Positions 62,060-64,000 of a DNA stretch of 64,000 nt are shown here, piece by piece. The DNA is from Longimicrobiales bacterium. GTDB taxonomy: Bacteria; Gemmatimonadota; Gemmatimonadetes; Longimicrobiales; Gaopeijiaceae. The DNA lies in NCBI GenBank assembly GCA_965238005.1, contig OZ250165.1:1632001-1696000 (forward strand), given 5' to 3'. Position 1 is the first letter of the stretch. Each line of letters starts with the position of its first letter. The translations under genes were made by a program, and so were the position numbers. The notes under the pieces were generated by a model, which had not been told where the DNA came from, made no database searches, and saw only the letters and a list, made by a program, of their open reading frames with translations.

Positions 62060-62200
62060 AACTTCTTCGAGGAGTTGAAGGAGCGGGTGCCGAACTAGCG
62101 TATCAGTCCAGCCATCGCCCAACCTCAGCATCACCCATAGCTTGAGCGCATGGGCGTAGCTTCCTTCGGATTTGGCTCAGTTCAGCCGCAGACTCGCACC
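62060..62200 (+). repeat. Kinase 3' stub (NFFEELKERVPN*) followed by repeat R
   Basis: Matches the C-terminus NWFEELKARVPN* of 45985-48744 and its downstream sequence. Confidence 0.85.
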
Positions 62201-62607
62201 GCTCGCCTCACGATCCGCTGCGAGTATCCAGGCACGCTCATGCCACCCACCGAGTCCGATGCTCACCTTCGTGCAGTTGCATGGATTGGGCACGGAGCAG
62301 ATCACCCTCCACGTGGATCGGCTCGATGAGGCGCTAATGGACGACGGCGCGTTAGAGGGACTCTATGTGCAGTCACGGAACGAGCGTAAGACCTCGCTAG
62401 CCTGGCGGAGGTGACTGTCAGCGGTCCATGACTTAAGCGAGCCGCCCAAGCATCGTTCGATCTAAGAATTCTTCAACGACCATGCGTTATCCATTCATTA
62501 CGTTGGCCCTTGCAAATTGTCGGGGTTTTCAGTCTTGAGCCGGGACGCCAAGAACAACCCACGGTTGATGGCCATCGCTGACGGTCCGCTTTGCTCATCT
62601 CCTGAAG

Positions 62608-62952
62608 GTGTGTCCCGATTGTGTCCCGGAGGGCGGCGATGGCCAGAACACGGAGGTTAAGGTGAAGGAGATCAAGGACAAGCTCAGCCCGGAAGAGCAG
62701 GCACTAGCGACGGCAGCCAACACGCCCAACACAGGCCAAGGGATTGAGGCCCGCGTCGTGACGGACCTTTGGGTTTCCCACCGGCTGCGAGAGATGACCG
62801 ACCAGATGATTCAATCGAATGAGAAGCTGGCCGGTGCCAATGATAAGCACACCGAGGCGCTGGTGAGGGCCACCAACTGGCTGGCGGTCCTGACTGGGCT
62901 TCTCGTGCTTGTGACGTTGGCCCAGTTCCTGCCCCTACTCCCCTGGCCATAA
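62608..62952 (+). CDS. Hypothetical protein with C-terminal TM helix
   Basis: Coiled-coil segment then hydrophobic helix; start uncertain. Confidence 0.45.
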   Translation: MCPDCVPEGGDGQNTEVKVKEIKDKLSPEEQALATAANTPNTGQGIEARVVTDLWVSHRLREMTDQMIQSNEKLAGANDKHTEALVRATNWLAVLTGLLVLVTLAQFLPLLPWP

Positions 62953-63155
62953 TGGGGAAGTAACCGGTTTCATCTTGGGACCGGTTTTGGGTCGCCCGTC
63001 CCGTCGTTATCTTCCCCACATGACCATGTTCTCGGTATTCACGGCTGAGGGTTATAGCGGAGTGGTGAGTGTACCCCATGAGCACCCCAGGCAGGAAAAA
63101 TGCCCGAAGAAACGGAGGTTCTGAAGACATCTAAAATCTTGCTAGACAACCACTT

Positions 63156-63229
<74 letters not shown>

Positions 63230-63639
63230 CTTGTAAGAGAGTAAAGGACAAAGAGTTACGAGGTAGGGCGAGAATCCTCTGGTGAGAGGACTTCAGGTGC
63301 GTGCGCCGTGCGTGCGCGGCCGAGAGTGATTCGGGGTGACTCGTATGACTCACTGGGCCACTCTCCCCGCGGCGAATGGCACGCTCGTGGTCACGCAGCG
63401 ATAGATCACGAGACGTCAGAAAACACCCTGGGGGACACATGCCCAACGAGAGTACGGAAGCTCTTATCGAGGCGGTAGGGGCACCTGCAGCGGCTCGGGT
63501 CCATGCGGACATGGCGGCCCTCGAACACATCCTCCCACTGGAGACCATCCGGCGCGAGTACCTGGAACCCATTCTCCGGTGAGAGGCAAGTCAAGGCAGA
63601 GCGGGCTGGGCGCACGGAGGTGAGCCGGTCGTGGAATGG

Positions 63640-64000
63640 GACCATCGATGCGGTCGGTCTTGAGGCGTCGTCGTCGTCGGTTGACCTCGATGGATGCGGA
63701 GTCGACGACGAGGTTGAAGCAGGCTGGCTGGGCCTCGAGGAAGCGATGGATCCAGAAGCCATCGCGGCCGGCCTCGTAGCACGAGATGAGAGGCGCGGAG
63801 TCGGGGAGGCGGAAGCGAATGCGAGCGAGAACGATCTCCCGGATCAGGGCGTCGAGGTCTCGGGCCGGAACGTTGTGGAGGCGGGGCTGCTGGCCGTGGC
63901 CGGTGGAGAAGGCCAGTTTCCAGGAGCGGGTGGAGAGTTCGAGCGCGAGATAGAGTGCGGGTGGCTCCGGCAGCGTGGGATCAGTGAAGCGGGTCGTCGC
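63640..64000 (-). pseudogene. IS110-family transposase, N-terminal DEDD part, truncated
   Basis: LYLALELS..W, CYEAGRDGFWIHR and VVDSASIEVNRRRRRLKTDRID, then homology stops. Confidence 0.85.

Larger units (their letters stand above)
40744..63155. mobile_element. Putative ~22.4-kb genomic island integrated at tRNA-Arg(CCT)
   Basis: Bounded by the 43-bp tRNA direct repeat; accessory content; no intact integrase seen. Confidence 0.55.

Overview
GC-rich bacterial DNA, probably Gemmatimonadota (inferred from gene content and the Ser/Thr kinase-TolB, ADOP/PadR and BTAD-TPR families). About 1.2-12.7 kb is core-like, including a DUF512-der-plsY-gpsA-merR-surE-pcm-yqaA operon. About 12.7-63.2 kb is a mosaic accessory region ending at tRNA-Arg(CCT). 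It holds peptidases, a serpin, an ABC permease with PadR, an NACHT remnant, many gene fragments and many IS copies (3 IS3-family, 4 IS1182-family including a tandem dimer, 1 IS256 nested in an IS3, 1 truncated IS110). The main unexplained structure is one intact Ser/Thr kinase-beta-propeller gene (45985-48744) whose ends recur as short, co-oriented, diverged stubs between unrelated genes. Its leader and/or first codons occur 10 times, its last codons twice more, and a downstream motif four times. I read this as a candidate kinase-anchored cassette array (inference). A 43-bp duplicate of the 5' half of the tRNA at 40701 delimits a ~22.4-kb island with arm-site-like repeats but no intact integrase. 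Family assignments come from recognising motifs by eye; no database search was run.
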